Origin: a candidate division FCPU426 bacterium
GTDB taxonomy: Bacteria > Oederibacteriota > JAAXVQ01 > JAUVAV01
Length of the DNA stretch: 64,000 nt
Assembly (NCBI GenBank): GCA_040756875.1
Contig: JBFLYH010000002.1
Coordinates: 190,526 to 254,525, forward strand
Reading direction: 5' to 3'
The notes beneath the pieces are model-generated. The model worked only from the letters and a program-made list of their open reading frames with translations. It was not told where the DNA came from and did no database searches. Every line of letters starts with the position of its first letter. The stretch's first letter is position 1. Below are positions 17,294 to 27,904 of the stretch, in pieces. A program made the position numbers and the translations under genes.

Positions 17294-19583
17294 ATGGCTT
17301 CAACCCTCCCTCCCAGGCGCGATACAAGGCCCGCACGCTTTCCCTGAGGATTTTTTCCCCCCGGCAGTTCCTGACCAGCAGCTGGTCACCGCCCACTGTG
17401 CCGGCCTGACGGCAGGGCACCTGGTGCTGTTGGCAGAGCGACTTCAGTTTGGGCCAGTCCGGCGGCGCGATGGAGACCACGGCCCGCGACTGCGATTCGG
17501 AAAACAAGAGGCTGAAATAATGCAGAGGCTCGGCGCACTGCACTTCGGCGCCCAGGCCCGGGTGCCCCAGAGGCTGGCCCAGGAAGGTGCTTTCCGCCAG
17601 GGCCACGGCCAACCCGCCTTCCGAGCAGTCCTGCGCCGAGCGCAGCCACTTTTTGCGCGCCGCGGCCACCAGCACTTTTTGCAGGGCCGCCTCGCGCCGC
17701 AGGTCCAGCTTCGGCGGCTTGCCGGCCTTGACGCCCTGGCACTCGTACAGCCAGGCCGAGCCGCCCAGCTCGTCGTAGGTGGCGCCCAGCACGACCACCA
17801 GGTCGCCTTCGGACTTGAACCAGGGCGTGACCATGAGGTCCAGGTGCTCGAGCAGGCCCACCACGCCGACCACGGGCGCGGGGTCCACGGCGCCCGAGGG
17901 GCTTTCGTTGTAAAAGCTCACGTTGCCGCCCGTGACCGGCAGATTCAGGGCGCGGCAGGTCTCGGCCATGCCTGTGACCGCCTGCTTGAACTGCCAGAAA
18001 ATTTCCGGGTCCATGGGGTTGCCGAAGTTGAGGCAGTCGGTCACGCCGATGGGCTCGGCGCCTGTGACCGCCACGTTGCGGCTCGCCTCGGCCACCGCGA
18101 TCCTGCCGCCCATGCGCGGGTCCAGGTACACGTAGCGGCTGTTGCCGTCCGTGGACACGGCCACGGCCTTGTCCGTGTGCTTCATGCGCAGCACGGCCGC
18201 GCCCGCGCCGGGCAGGAGCACGGTGTTGGTGCGCACCATGTGGTCGTACTGCTCCCACACGTAGCGCTTGGAGCACAGGTTCGGGCTGGCCAGCAGGTGC
18301 GAGAGCGCCGCCGCGGGCCGGTGCTTGGGCCGCAGGGCCGCGGCCGGAAGGCGCTGCGCGCGGTCCAGGTACTTGGGCCGGCGCGTAGGCCGGATGTACG
18401 TGGGATAGCCGGGATACTTGGTGTCCGCCAGCGCGCCGGCCGGCACTTCGGCCACCAGGCGGCCGTGATGGCGCACGCGCACGACGCCGTCCGAGGTGAC
18501 CCGGCCGATGTCCGCGGCGTGGAGGTTCCATTTTTTGAGGATCTGCCTGACCTTGGCCTCGTGCCCGGGCCGGGCCACGAGCAGCATGCGCTCCTGGGAT
18601 TCGGAGAGCAGGATTTCGTACGGCACCATGCCCTCCTCGCGCTGGGGCACGGCCGCCACGTCGATCTCGATGCCGGTCCTGCCCCGGGCCGCCATTTCGC
18701 TGGTGGAGCAAGTGAGCCCCGCGGCGCCCATGTCCTGGATGCCGACCAGGTGTTTGCCCCGGATGAGCTCGAGCGTGGCTTCCAGCAGCAGCTTTTCCAT
18801 GAAGGGGTCGGCCACCTGCACCGCGCTGCGCCGCTCCTCGGCCTCGGCCGAAAGCTCGTCCGAGGCGAAGGTGGCGCCGTGGATGCCGTCGCGGCCCGTG
18901 GTGGCGCCGATGTAAAACACGCGGTTGCCCACGCCGGTCGCGCGGCCGAGCGCGAGTTCCTCGCGCTTCATGAAGCCCACGGCCATGACGTTGACCAGGC
19001 AGTTGTCCAGGTAGGTGTCGTCGAACGCCACTTCCCCGCCCACCGTGGGCACGCCGATGCAGTTGCCGTAGCCCGCGATGCCGGAGACCACGCCGGCGAA
19101 CAGGTGGCGCGCCTTGGCGTGCCGCAGGCGGCCGAAGCGCAGGGAGTCAAGGCACGCGACCGGGCGCGCGCCCATGGTGAACACGTCGCGCAGGATGCCG
19201 CCCACGCCCGTGGCCGCGCCCTGGTAGGGCTCGATGGCGCTCGGGTGGTTGTGCGACTCCACCTTGAAGCACACGGCCCGGCCGTCGCCCACGTCCAGCA
19301 CACCCGCGTTTTCGCCCGGGCCCTGGATGACGCGCGGGCCCGTGGTCGGGAACAGCTTGAGCACGGGCCGGGAGTTCTTGTACGAGCAGTGCTCGGACCA
19401 CATGACCGAGAACATGCCCAGTTCGGTGTAAGTGGGCGTGCGGCCCAGGATCTTTTGGATGGTGGCGTACTCGCGGGGCGTGAGCCCGTGCTCTTTCACG
19501 ACCTGCGGCGTGATGGCCGGGTCGTGCGGCAGGGGCGCGGGGCCCTGGGAGGCGGTCTTGGTCTTACGGGTGCTGCGTTTCAT
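17274..19583 (-). CDS. purL: FGAM synthase subunit PurL
   Basis: [36 protein letters not shown]. Confidence 0.97.
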   Translation of the reverse strand: MKRSTRKTKTASQGPAPLPHDPAITPQVVKEHGLTPREYATIQKILGRTPTYTELGMFSVMWSEHCSYKNSRPVLKLFPTTGPRVIQGPGENAGVLDVGDGRAVCFKVESHNHPSAIEPYQGAATGVGGILRDVFTMGARPVACLDSLRFGRLRHAKARHLFAGVVSGIAGYGNCIGVPTVGGEVAFDDTYLDNCLVNVMAVGFMKREELALGRATGVGNRVFYIGATTGRDGIHGATFASDELSAEAEERRSAVQVADPFMEKLLLEATLELIRGKHLVGIQDMGAAGLTCSTSEMAARGRTGIEIDVAAVPQREEGMVPYEILLSESQERMLLVARPGHEAKVRQILKKWNLHAADIGRVTSDGVVRVRHHGRLVAEVPAGALADTKYPGYPTYIRPTRRPKYLDRAQRLPAAALRPKHRPAAALSHLLASPNLCSKRYVWEQYDHMVRTNTVLLPGAGAAVLRMKHTDKAVAVSTDGNSRYVYLDPRMGGRIAVAEASRNVAVTGAEPIGVTDCLNFGNPMDPEIFWQFKQAVTGMAETCRALNLPVTGGNVSFYNESPSGAVDPAPVVGVVGLLEHLDLMVTPWFKSEGDLVVVLGATYDELGGSAWLYECQGVKAGKPPKLDLRREAALQKVLVAAARKKWLRSAQDCSEGGLAVALAESTFLGQPLGHPGLGAEVQCAEPLHYFSLLFSESQSRAVVSIAPPDWPKLKSLCQQHQVPCRQAGTVGGDQLLVRNCRGEKILRESVRALYRAWEGGLKPYVQGNV

Positions 19584-19586
19584 GCT

Positions 19587-20291
19587 TCACCTGCTCTGGC
19601 GGCTGAACCGCAGGGCCAGCAACGTGCGGATGGCGGTCAAACCGTCGGTCCAGCGGATTTTTTTGCCTTCCAAAACGGAACGGGGAGAGTAGGAAATCGG
19701 GACTTCCAGGATGGGAATTCCCTGCCTCAGCAGCCTGGCCGTGACTTCGGGGCAGAACTCGAAACCGTCCCCGGACAGCGGCAGGCCGCGCAAAACGTCG
19801 CTGCGAAATACCTTGTACCCCGTGGCAACGTCGGTCATTCTAGCACCGTAGAGCAGGCGGGTCAACCAGGATAAAAAACGGCCGCCCCAGTAGTACGCGG
19901 GCGCGGACACGCCGAAACGCCGCCCTGCGCGCTTGCCCAGCAAGCGCGACCCGTACACCACCTGGGCGCGGCCCTCCTGGAAGGGCGCGAGCAGGGCCGG
20001 ATAGTCCGTGGGGTCGTATTCCAGGTCCGCGTCCTGGATCAGGATCACGTCGCCCGTGGCCTGGGCCAGGCCGGCCCGGAGGGCCGAGCCCTTGCCCCGG
20101 CCGGGCGACAGCCGCACCAGCTTGACGCCCGGGACCGCCGCGGCCAGCTCGGCCGTGGCGTCGGTCGAGCCGTCGTCAATGACGATGATCTCGCCCTCGA
20201 TGAATTCGAACTCCGCCTGCACGCGCCGCAGCAGCTCCACGATCGTAGCCTGCTCGTTGCGCGCGGGGATGAGCACGGACACTCTTATCAC
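19587..20291 (-). CDS. GT2 glycosyltransferase (DPM1-like)
   Basis: VSVLIPARNE, DDGSTD, GKGSALR, QDADLEYDP; GTG start overlaps methyltransferase stop. Confidence 0.9.
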   Translation of the reverse strand: MIRVSVLIPARNEQATIVELLRRVQAEFEFIEGEIIVIDDGSTDATAELAAAVPGVKLVRLSPGRGKGSALRAGLAQATGDVILIQDADLEYDPTDYPALLAPFQEGRAQVVYGSRLLGKRAGRRFGVSAPAYYWGGRFLSWLTRLLYGARMTDVATGYKVFRSDVLRGLPLSGDGFEFCPEVTARLLRQGIPILEVPISYSPRSVLEGKKIRWTDGLTAIRTLLALRFSRQSR

Positions 20292-21214
20292 GCGTTCCGC
20301 TCCTTCCGTGCCAGCAAGTGCAGCTTGTCGTACGGGTTGACGTACACCACACTGGCCTCCTGCCCCAGCCAACGAGCCAGCGCGGCAGCCAGGCGGCTGG
20401 CCCCGTACAGGACGCCGTCGCCGGGCTTGAAGCGAGAAAACGCGAATTGCAGGCTGGCGTATTTGCCCTCGTAGCGGCCGGCTTTCACCTGCAGGCCCAG
20501 GTCCGCCAGCAGGCGCCTGAGCTGTCGGCCGGTGAAATAGTGCAGGTGCTCCCTGGGCTTTTTGAACTCCTCCCAGGCCGGGCCCAGGAAGCGGGCCAGC
20601 CAGGAGCCCGCGTCCGGAATGATCAGGGACAGCCAGCCGCCCGGGTTCAGGAGCCTGGCCCACTGCTCCAGTTCGGCGCGCGGGTTCAGCGAATGCTCCA
20701 GGTAGTCCCAGGCTGTGACGCAGTCCAGGCTCCCTGGCGGCAGGCGCAGGTCTTCCAGCCGGGCCGCGATCCGGCCGCGGACTTCCGGGGGCGCGGACTG
20801 CCGGGCGTGTTCAGACCACTCCACGCCCCAGACGTCCTTCCAGCCCGCGGTCCGCGCCGTATCCAGCAGAAAGCCGCTGGCGCAGCCCATGTCCAGCAAA
20901 TTCCCCTTGGCGGGCAGCACGCGCCCCAGCCAGCGCCAGCGGCGCCTGAAGGTGCGGCGGATGTTGGCCTCGTCGCCCGCGTAGTCGAAGTACCCGCGCT
21001 GCACGGAATCCGCGCTCTTCCAGTAGGCCGGGCCATAATACGCTTGCAAAGCGCCCACGGTCAAGCGCGGCGACACCCGCAGCACGCGGCAGGCCGGGCA
21101 GCGGACAATGGCAAAACCCTCGGTGGTGAACGCCGGCTCGCCGGGCTCGGCTGAGCCGCAGGCGCCGCACGCCGCCGCTTCAAGGGGTTCGTCAGCTACA
21201 GGCTTGGCAATCAT
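20288..21214 (-). CDS. class I SAM-dependent methyltransferase with N-terminal Zn-binding motif
   Basis: CGAC..CPAC, LLDMGCASG, DYLEH..P, L.PGG, EHLHYF. Confidence 0.85.
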   Translation of the reverse strand: MIAKPVADEPLEAAACGACGSAEPGEPAFTTEGFAIVRCPACRVLRVSPRLTVGALQAYYGPAYWKSADSVQRGYFDYAGDEANIRRTFRRRWRWLGRVLPAKGNLLDMGCASGFLLDTARTAGWKDVWGVEWSEHARQSAPPEVRGRIAARLEDLRLPPGSLDCVTAWDYLEHSLNPRAELEQWARLLNPGGWLSLIIPDAGSWLARFLGPAWEEFKKPREHLHYFTGRQLRRLLADLGLQVKAGRYEGKYASLQFAFSRFKPGDGVLYGASRLAAALARWLGQEASVVYVNPYDKLHLLARKERNA

Positions 21215-21265
21215 GCACTCAGCCTTTCCTTTCTTTTCCTCTCTTTTCCTTGCTCTGCTTTTTAA

Positions 21266-21407
21266 TACGGCTGGCAGCGCCGGTTTTTCAAGGCGTGCCG
21301 AAAAACCCGTTCAAATGATGCGGGTCGAGCGGCCTGGGCAAACCCTGGCCGCGCTTTGCAGACGCCATCGGCGTTCACGACTTGAAAAACCGGCGCCGCC
21401 AGCCGTA
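21266..21407. mobile_element. 142-bp MITE-like element with 27-bp terminal inverted repeats
   Basis: tacggctggcagcgccggtttttcaag / cttgaaaaaccggcgccgccagccgta (one mismatch). Confidence 0.6.
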
Positions 21408-21408
21408 A

Positions 21409-23919
21409 TTACTTCCCTTCCAACCGCTCCAGGTTTTCCCTGGCCGCGGCCAGGTCCGGCTGCATGTCCAGGGCCTGGCGGAAACAGCGCTTGGCTGCCT
21501 CCGGGTCGTTGTGCCGCAGATACAGCACGCCCAGGTTGTTGTACGAACCCGCGTCCAGGTCCAGCAGGCGGTCAGCTTGCTGATAATAGGCGAACGCCTG
21601 TTCCTGCTGCCCGGTCTGCAGGCTGAGCCAGCCCAGGTCCGCGTACGGCTTGCCCCAGTCCGGCGCCATTTCAGTCAGTTTCTGCCAGCGGACCCGCACG
21701 CCTTCGTAGTCGCCCTTTTGCAGCACGGCCAGGGCCTGCTGGTAGCCCCACATCAGTTTCCCCACCAGCTCCGGGTCAAAGGTGAACAGCGGCTTGCCGG
21801 CTTTGACCGGCCGGCTCAGGTCCGGCTGCTCGCGCACGCTAAACAGCCGCAACTGGCCATAGGCGCTGGTTTCGCGCCAATAGCGGGCCGCGAGTTCCTG
21901 CCAGCGCTGCACAGCCGCGTCGTTCCAGCGGTAGGGTTCGTAACCGCGCGTGCGCGCGGCCTCGGCCTCGTGCACCAGCACGTGGGTGTAGCCTTCCTGC
22001 TTCAGCCGCCGCCAGACCGTTTCCGCCGAATCCGCGGCGGCGATCCATTCCAAGAGCGGATTGTAGTCGTACACCGTGGCCGCGGTCACCGGCCGCTCGA
22101 AATAATAGGAACGCGTCTCCCCGAAAATCAGCACGCGGCTTTCCGGCGGCAGGGCGTTCACCTGCCGGGCCATGGGCGCGTAGGTGTTCATGAGCCGCCG
22201 GTCCAGGTACGCCCAGCGCGGCTCCCGGCCCAGCAGCACGCCGAAGGGATCGTAATTCGGGAGGCAGATGCCCAGGGTGACGCCGAAGCTCCAAATCCAG
22301 AAGCCCAGCACGCCGGCCAGTCCCAACATGCCCAGCACGCGGTGCCGCGCCTGCCAGCGGCTCAGGACCACGCCCGCCAGCACGGCCAACACCGGAAACA
22401 CGGGAATCAGGTAGCGCGTAATCTGCGTCTGGCTGCTCCACGCCAGCACGGCCAGCAGGGCCGTGGCCAGGAAGCACCACAGCCCTGGCGGCCCCCGGCG
22501 GCCGGCCCAGGCCAGGATCAGGAGGCCGGGCAGGATGAACAAAAACGTCTGGCCGATGTAGGAATTGCTGGTGGGCTGGTAAAAGGTCAGGTCCCACGGC
22601 TGCCGCAGGTATTGCACCCAGGTGCGCCGGCCGTACTCCTTGAAGCCGTCCATCTGCTGCTGCATTTTTTCCGGGTGCAGGTGGCGGCTGGGCAGCCAGC
22701 GGTACAGGAAAGGATACACCGGGTTGCCGGTATAGACCGCGCTCTTGGCCATCCACGGCAGCACCAGGATGGCGGCCGCCGCGCCGGTCATCAGCGCGGC
22801 CCGCAGGAGCCGGGGCCAGGCCCGGCCCTGGCGCCAGGCGATGAACAGCCCGGACAGCACGGCCGGGGCCAGCAGGAAAACCGAATTGTACTTCACGCCC
22901 AGGGCCGCGCCCATGAGCAGGCCCGCGACCAGCAGGCCGGGCCGCGATTCCGCCTCAGGCGCTTCGGGGCCCAGGGCCCAGGCCCAAAAGCGGTTCACGC
23001 CCAGCACCAGGAAGAACACGGCCGCCACGTCCACGCCTGAAACCAGCTGGTTCATCACCACCACCGGGATGGCCAGGAAGAGCCCCATGGCCCACAGCCC
23101 GACCCAGCGGCCGAACCAGCGCCGGCCCAGGCTAAAGGTGGCCAGGCCGGCCAGCCAGCCCAGGGCCGCGTGCAGCAGGCGGCACAGGCTCTCGTCCGAG
23201 AGCAGGAGGCTGCCGGCGTAGAGCACTTCCATGCCCATGGGAAAATTGGAGAAGAAATTGTAAGGCAGGAGCGCGAACCCGTGCCGCTGGATCCAGGCTT
23301 CGGGCACGGCCAGGTGGTACACCAGGGAGTCGAAAAAGACTTCGGGCGTGAGGGCCATGGCCGCGACAAAGAGGCCGAAGAGGGCGACGACCATTGCCAC
23401 TCCCCTCTCGGCCCAGCCCGGCCTGCCCAGGAGCCAGCCCGGACGGGGCTGCCAGCGGCTGCGCTCGCGCCATGCAAGCCACGCGCCCCAGGCCGCGGCC
23501 GGAAGCAGCAGGCAGGCCATCAGCCAGGAATAATACAGCCCCAGCGCGCCCAGGATGAACAGCAGCAGCATCCACGCGGCCAAGCCCAGGCCGAGGCTTT
23601 CCAGCGCCTCCTCCAGGCGGGGCGCCGGAACGGGCAGCAGCCGCCTGAGGGGCAGTCCGACGCCCCAGGCCGCGGCCAGCCAGGCCAGAGCCAGGAAAAT
23701 ATTTTTCAACAGCACCAGCAGGTGCGGGCCTGCCAGGGACCAGGCCAGGGGCCCGAAGCGGTCGAGCTGGAAAACCGGAAGCCAGGCGTGGAGATACGTC
23801 GGATGCACGCGGAAGGTATAGTACGCCAGCACGGCCAGCCAGGCGGCCAGGAGCAGGGTCAGGAGGAGGGGAAACGGTTGTTGTTTGCCGGGGCTGACAG
23901 GAGTAGGCTTGCGGGTCAC
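21409..23919 (-). CDS. GT-C fold (ArnT/PMT, GT39-like) membrane glycosyltransferase with C-terminal TPRs
   Basis: Many TM helices; DSLVYHLAVP, GVKY, TGNPVYP, RYLIP; TPR motif YNNLGVLY..A..F.QAL. Confidence 0.8.
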   Translation of the reverse strand: MTRKPTPVSPGKQQPFPLLLTLLLAAWLAVLAYYTFRVHPTYLHAWLPVFQLDRFGPLAWSLAGPHLLVLLKNIFLALAWLAAAWGVGLPLRRLLPVPAPRLEEALESLGLGLAAWMLLLFILGALGLYYSWLMACLLLPAAAWGAWLAWRERSRWQPRPGWLLGRPGWAERGVAMVVALFGLFVAAMALTPEVFFDSLVYHLAVPEAWIQRHGFALLPYNFFSNFPMGMEVLYAGSLLLSDESLCRLLHAALGWLAGLATFSLGRRWFGRWVGLWAMGLFLAIPVVVMNQLVSGVDVAAVFFLVLGVNRFWAWALGPEAPEAESRPGLLVAGLLMGAALGVKYNSVFLLAPAVLSGLFIAWRQGRAWPRLLRAALMTGAAAAILVLPWMAKSAVYTGNPVYPFLYRWLPSRHLHPEKMQQQMDGFKEYGRRTWVQYLRQPWDLTFYQPTSNSYIGQTFLFILPGLLILAWAGRRGPPGLWCFLATALLAVLAWSSQTQITRYLIPVFPVLAVLAGVVLSRWQARHRVLGMLGLAGVLGFWIWSFGVTLGICLPNYDPFGVLLGREPRWAYLDRRLMNTYAPMARQVNALPPESRVLIFGETRSYYFERPVTAATVYDYNPLLEWIAAADSAETVWRRLKQEGYTHVLVHEAEAARTRGYEPYRWNDAAVQRWQELAARYWRETSAYGQLRLFSVREQPDLSRPVKAGKPLFTFDPELVGKLMWGYQQALAVLQKGDYEGVRVRWQKLTEMAPDWGKPYADLGWLSLQTGQQEQAFAYYQQADRLLDLDAGSYNNLGVLYLRHNDPEAAKRCFRQALDMQPDLAAARENLERLEGK

Positions 23920-23990
23920 GGACGTTTTGACCTCGCAGGCAGGACGCTCGGCATATAAAGCGGCGCGTGGCGATTCAGTATAAACATTCC

Positions 23991-24114
23991 TTTCCCCTGG
24001 TGGGAGAGGAAGAAGGCGAGGGGGAATTTATATAAATGCAAATCTTTTGCCCCCTCCCCTAACCCCTCTCCCAAGACCCCTGGGACCTAGGGGCCGCCAT
24101 TACCTGGGGAGGGG
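23991..24114. repeat. CCCTCTCCC-type palindromic element
   Basis: gggagagg..gaggggg / ccccctcccctaacccctctccc..ggggagggg. Confidence 0.65.
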
Positions 24115-24122
24115 AATATTTT

Positions 24123-24228
24123 GTGGAGTGGTCCCCCGGACTAAAGTCCGGGGCTCCCTCCCTCCGCATAAAATCCTGCAAATCCTCTCCCCGGGCTGAA
24201 GCCCGGGGATTCCTGCGGAGGGATTAAA
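24123..24228. mobile_element. IS200/IS605-end-like palindromic element (copy C)
   Basis: Hairpins ccccggactaaagtccgggg and ccccgggctgaagcccgggg; end ctgcggagggattaaa. Confidence 0.6.
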
Positions 24229-24235
24229 ACGCTCC

Positions 24236-24937
24236 TCATCCCAATACCGCAGCGGCTTCAGCCAGCAGCGAACGGAACAGTTCCCGGCCGTCCGTGGAGC
24301 CCATGGCCGGTTCCATGCAGCGTTCGGGATGCGGCATCATGCCCACCACGTTGCCCGCGGTGTTGCAGATGCCGGCGATGTGGTCCAGGGAGCCGTTGGG
24401 GTTGTGCGCGGGCCCAGTCTCGCCGTCCGGACCGCAGTAGCGGAAGAGGATCTGGTTGTTGGCCCGCAGGCGCTCCAGCGTGCCGGGGTCGCAGAAGTAA
24501 TTGCCCTCGCCGTGCGCCACCGGAATCCTCAGCACCTGGCCCTCGGCCAGGGCGCGGGTGAAGGGCGAGCGCCGCGATTCCACGCGCAGGTGCACGTAGC
24601 GGCAGACGAAATGCAGGTCGCGGTTGCGGAGCATGGCGCCGGGCAGCAGCCCGGCTTCGAGCAGGATCTGAAAGCCGTTGCAGATGCCGATCAGCGGCCG
24701 GCCGCGCTCTGCGTGGCGCCGCACCGCGGCCATGACCGGCGAAAAGCGCGCGATGGCGCCGGTGCGCAGGTAGTCGCCGTAGGAGAAGCCGCCGGGCAGG
24801 ATCACGCAGTCCACGTCCGGCAGCGAACGCTCGCCGTGCCAGATGAAGCGCGCGGGCTGCCCCAGCACGTCGCGGACCGCGGCGTAGCAGTCGTGGTCGC
24901 AGTTGCTGCCCGGGAACACGACAATGCCGAATTTCAC
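24236..24937 (-). CDS. purQ: FGAM synthase glutaminase subunit
   Basis: [38 protein letters not shown] start overlaps purS stop. Confidence 0.97.
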   Translation of the reverse strand: MKFGIVVFPGSNCDHDCYAAVRDVLGQPARFIWHGERSLPDVDCVILPGGFSYGDYLRTGAIARFSPVMAAVRRHAERGRPLIGICNGFQILLEAGLLPGAMLRNRDLHFVCRYVHLRVESRRSPFTRALAEGQVLRIPVAHGEGNYFCDPGTLERLRANNQILFRYCGPDGETGPAHNPNGSLDHIAGICNTAGNVVGMMPHPERCMEPAMGSTDGRELFRSLLAEAAAVLG

Positions 24938-25224
24938 GGTTTGGCCTCCCGGCCGCGGTCTTCGGCCACGGTCAGCCGGTACTGCTCGATGACCGGGTTG
25001 ACCAGCAGCTTGTCGCACATGCGGCGGGCCTGCTGCTCCACGGCTTTGCGGCTCAGGCGGCCGCGAAACGTTAGCTGCAGGTACTTGCCCAGCCGCGCGG
25101 CGGTCAGGTCCGCGTAGCCCATGGACTCCAGGGCGCGCTGCACGGTGGCGCCCTGGGGGTCGAGGACGCTGGGCTTCAGGGTGACCAACACGTCGACCTT
25201 CCAAGCTTTGCGGGTTGCGGGCAT
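24934..25224 (-). CDS. purS: FGAM synthase subunit PurS
   Basis: [25 protein letters not shown]. Confidence 0.95.
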   Translation of the reverse strand: MPATRKAWKVDVLVTLKPSVLDPQGATVQRALESMGYADLTAARLGKYLQLTFRGRLSRKAVEQQARRMCDKLLVNPVIEQYRLTVAEDRGREAKP

Positions 25225-25274
25225 TATATCTTCTCCTTGACGTTCTTGTGTCTCTTGCGCAGGACGATTCCTAT

Positions 25275-25412
25275 TCCCCTCTCCCTTTTCAATTGATAGG
25301 GAGAGGACGGGGGTGAGGGTGAATCAATCCCGTTTGCATGATTAAATTGGCCCCCTCACCCGCACCCTCTCCCCGCTGTTGCGGGGCGAGGGGAAAGTCG
25401 GTGAGGGTGGGT
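25275..25412. repeat. CCCTCTCCC-type palindromic doublet
   Basis: cccctctccc..gggagagg..gggtgaggg / ccctcaccc..ccctctcccc..ggggcgaggg. Confidence 0.75.
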
Positions 25413-25419
25413 ATAAACC

Positions 25420-26718
25420 TCAGCGCCCCAGCTTGAGGGCGCGGAAAATGCGGGGGATGTGCTTGGTGTGGTAGCGCAAATCGAAGCAAGCGCGCAGTGC
25501 CGCGGGGCTCAAGCGCTTGCCAATGACCGGGTCCTGCGCCACCAGCCGCCGGAAATCTTTTTCCTCGGACCAGGCCCGCATGGCCAGGGCCTGCACGCGG
25601 CGGTAGGCTTCGTCCCGGTCCAGGCCCGATTCCACCAGGGCCAGCAACACCTGCTGCGAGTGCACCAGGCCGAAAGTCAGGTCCAGGTTGCGGCGCATGC
25701 GTTTGGCGTCCACGCGCAGAGTCTCCAGCACCCGGGCCGCGAGGCTGAGCTGGTATTCCATGACCGCGGTGGCGTCCGGAAGGATCATGCGCTCCACCGA
25801 GGAGTGCGAAATGTCCCGCTCGTGCCACAGGGCCATGTTCTCCAGCGCGGACTGGGCGTAGCCCCGCAGCAGGCGGGCCAGGCCGGTGATCCGCTCGCAC
25901 AGGATCGGGTTGCGCTTGTGCGGCATGGCCGAGGAGCCCTTCTGCCCCTTGGCGAAAAATTCCTCCACCTCGCGCACCTCGGTGCGCTGCAGGTGCCGGA
26001 TTTCGACCGCGATGTTCTCCAGCGTGCCGCCGATCTGGGCCAGGCAGCACAGGTACTCGGCGTGGCGGTCGCGGGCCGCGACCTGAGTGGCCGGCACTTC
26101 CGGCGTCAGGCGCAGCTGGCGGGCCACCGCCGCTTCCACGCGCGGGTCCTGGTTGGCGTAGGTGCCGACCGCGCCCGAGAGCTTGCAGATTTCCACGGTC
26201 CTCCGGGCGCGGGCAAAGCGCTCCTGCTGCCGCCGCACCTCGGCCAGGAACACCGCGAGCTTGAGGCCCCAGGTGATGGGCTCGGCGTGCACGCCGTGGG
26301 AGCGGCCGATCATGACCGTGCCGCGGTGGCGCTGGGCCTGGCGGGCCAGCACGCGCTCCAGGCGGCCGAGCTGCGCCGCGATCAAATCCGAGGCCTGGCG
26401 CAGCCGCAGGGACTGGGCCGTGTCCACCACATCGCTGGAGGTGAGGCCGAAATGCAGGTAGCGGCCGGACGCGCCCATGCGGGCCGCGGTCGAGGACACG
26501 AAGGCGATCACGTCGTGGTTGGTGACGCGCTCGATGGCTTCGGCCCGGCGCCGGTCCACGCGCGCCCGCTGCTTCATCTGGCGGTAAGCCGCGCGCGGGA
26601 TGATGCCCAATCGGGCCTGGGCCTGGGCCACGGCCAGTTCGACGGCCAGCCAGGAAGCCAGCTTGGCGTCTTCGGACCAAATGCGCCACATGGCGGCCGA
26701 GGTGTAACGTTCGATCAT
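25420..26718 (-). CDS. purB: adenylosuccinate lyase
   Basis: [38 protein letters not shown]. Confidence 0.97.
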   Translation of the reverse strand: MIERYTSAAMWRIWSEDAKLASWLAVELAVAQAQARLGIIPRAAYRQMKQRARVDRRRAEAIERVTNHDVIAFVSSTAARMGASGRYLHFGLTSSDVVDTAQSLRLRQASDLIAAQLGRLERVLARQAQRHRGTVMIGRSHGVHAEPITWGLKLAVFLAEVRRQQERFARARRTVEICKLSGAVGTYANQDPRVEAAVARQLRLTPEVPATQVAARDRHAEYLCCLAQIGGTLENIAVEIRHLQRTEVREVEEFFAKGQKGSSAMPHKRNPILCERITGLARLLRGYAQSALENMALWHERDISHSSVERMILPDATAVMEYQLSLAARVLETLRVDAKRMRRNLDLTFGLVHSQQVLLALVESGLDRDEAYRRVQALAMRAWSEEKDFRRLVAQDPVIGKRLSPAALRACFDLRYHTKHIPRIFRALKLGR

Positions 26719-26830
26719 GGCAAACCTTCCTTCAGGGGTTCTCCCGCCGCACAGGGCAATGCCCGCCTCTGCGGTCGGGAGCGAATGCTTCGGCGTTGAA
26801 ATACGCGAAAGGGGGCGAAAAAGAAGGCTG

Positions 26831-26860
26831 ATTATATGCCGGAACAAACCGGCTGGTCAA
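26831..26860 (-). promoter_or_regulatory. sigma70 promoter of the pur operon
   Basis: TTGACC-N18-TATAAT about 110 nt upstream of purB. Confidence 0.6.
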
Positions 26861-26887
26861 GGTTTTTTGAAGGCAGGGGCTGGGGGG

Positions 26888-27904
26888 TTATTTGCCGGCC
26901 AAGGCCAGGGTCCTGGCCCAGCCGCGGGAAAGCCAGATCTTGCCAGCCGCGTCCTTGATCAGGCACTCGGCGCCCGGAATGCTTTCCACCAGGGCCACCG
27001 CCTGTTCGGGCGGCAGGAGCATGAGCGCCGAAGCCGGCAGTTCGAGCTTGGGCTGTTCCGGCAGCAGCAGGGTGCCGCCCTGGCTGTGGCGGGCCGGCTT
27101 GCCGGTGCGGGGATCAAGGTAGGGATAGTACGCCAGGCCGTCCTGTTCGAAAATTTTCTCGAACACGCCCGCGGACAGCAGCCGGCCGCGGTTCAGGTCC
27201 ACGACGGCCAGGATCTGCTTGCGGTCCTTGGGATCGCGGATCGGTTCCCGCCAGGTCTTGGCGTCCGGCGGCCTCCCCCAGACCGCCAGGTTGGGGCCCA
27301 GGTCCAGGCGGCCGGCTTCGGTGCCTTTGGCCGCCTGCCGCAGGCGGTTGAGCGCGTAATTGACCAGAATGTCGTCCAGGTCGATCTGCATGCCCTGGCG
27401 CTTGAACAGCACGATCCGGTCCTTGGGGTAAAGGTCGAGGAAGGTATAGCTGACCATGGTCTTGATCTGATCCAGGCGCAGGTCCGTGGGCACGTGGTAC
27501 TCCTGCTGCCTGAATCCGTACTGCCATTTGAAGGCCGCGGTGGTCGGGTCCAGGGCGCCGCTGGTCTTCCCCGCCAGTTTGAGCGCCCATTGCAGCAGGC
27601 TCAGGGTCTCCAGGTCCACGGTCACCGGTTTTTCGCCCGTGGTCTGGTTCAGAAGGCTGACCATGCTGCCCGGCCGCAGGGGCGAATACTGCTGGTGCAG
27701 CCGCTCGGCCTCGGCGGCCACGGCGGCCAGCGCCTGGCCGGCGGAAGCCTGATCCTTGGCCCAGACCGTCACGCCGAGCGGCATGCCGTTGAGCGCGTAC
27801 GTTCCTGTGGCGCTCGCCCAGGCCTCCAGGGCGTGCGCCGCCGGCCCGGGCGCGAACAGCGCGGCCAGCAGCAGGGCTCCGGACAAAAACGCGGCCGGCC
27901 TCAT
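26888..27904 (-). CDS. ApbE/Ftp-like flavin transferase homolog, catalytic motifs degenerate
   Basis: S.VS.LN, TSGALDPT, DPRTGKP conserved; signal peptide; canonical motifs altered. Confidence 0.75.
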   Translation of the reverse strand: MRPAAFLSGALLLAALFAPGPAAHALEAWASATGTYALNGMPLGVTVWAKDQASAGQALAAVAAEAERLHQQYSPLRPGSMVSLLNQTTGEKPVTVDLETLSLLQWALKLAGKTSGALDPTTAAFKWQYGFRQQEYHVPTDLRLDQIKTMVSYTFLDLYPKDRIVLFKRQGMQIDLDDILVNYALNRLRQAAKGTEAGRLDLGPNLAVWGRPPDAKTWREPIRDPKDRKQILAVVDLNRGRLLSAGVFEKIFEQDGLAYYPYLDPRTGKPARHSQGGTLLLPEQPKLELPASALMLLPPEQAVALVESIPGAECLIKDAAGKIWLSRGWARTLALAGK

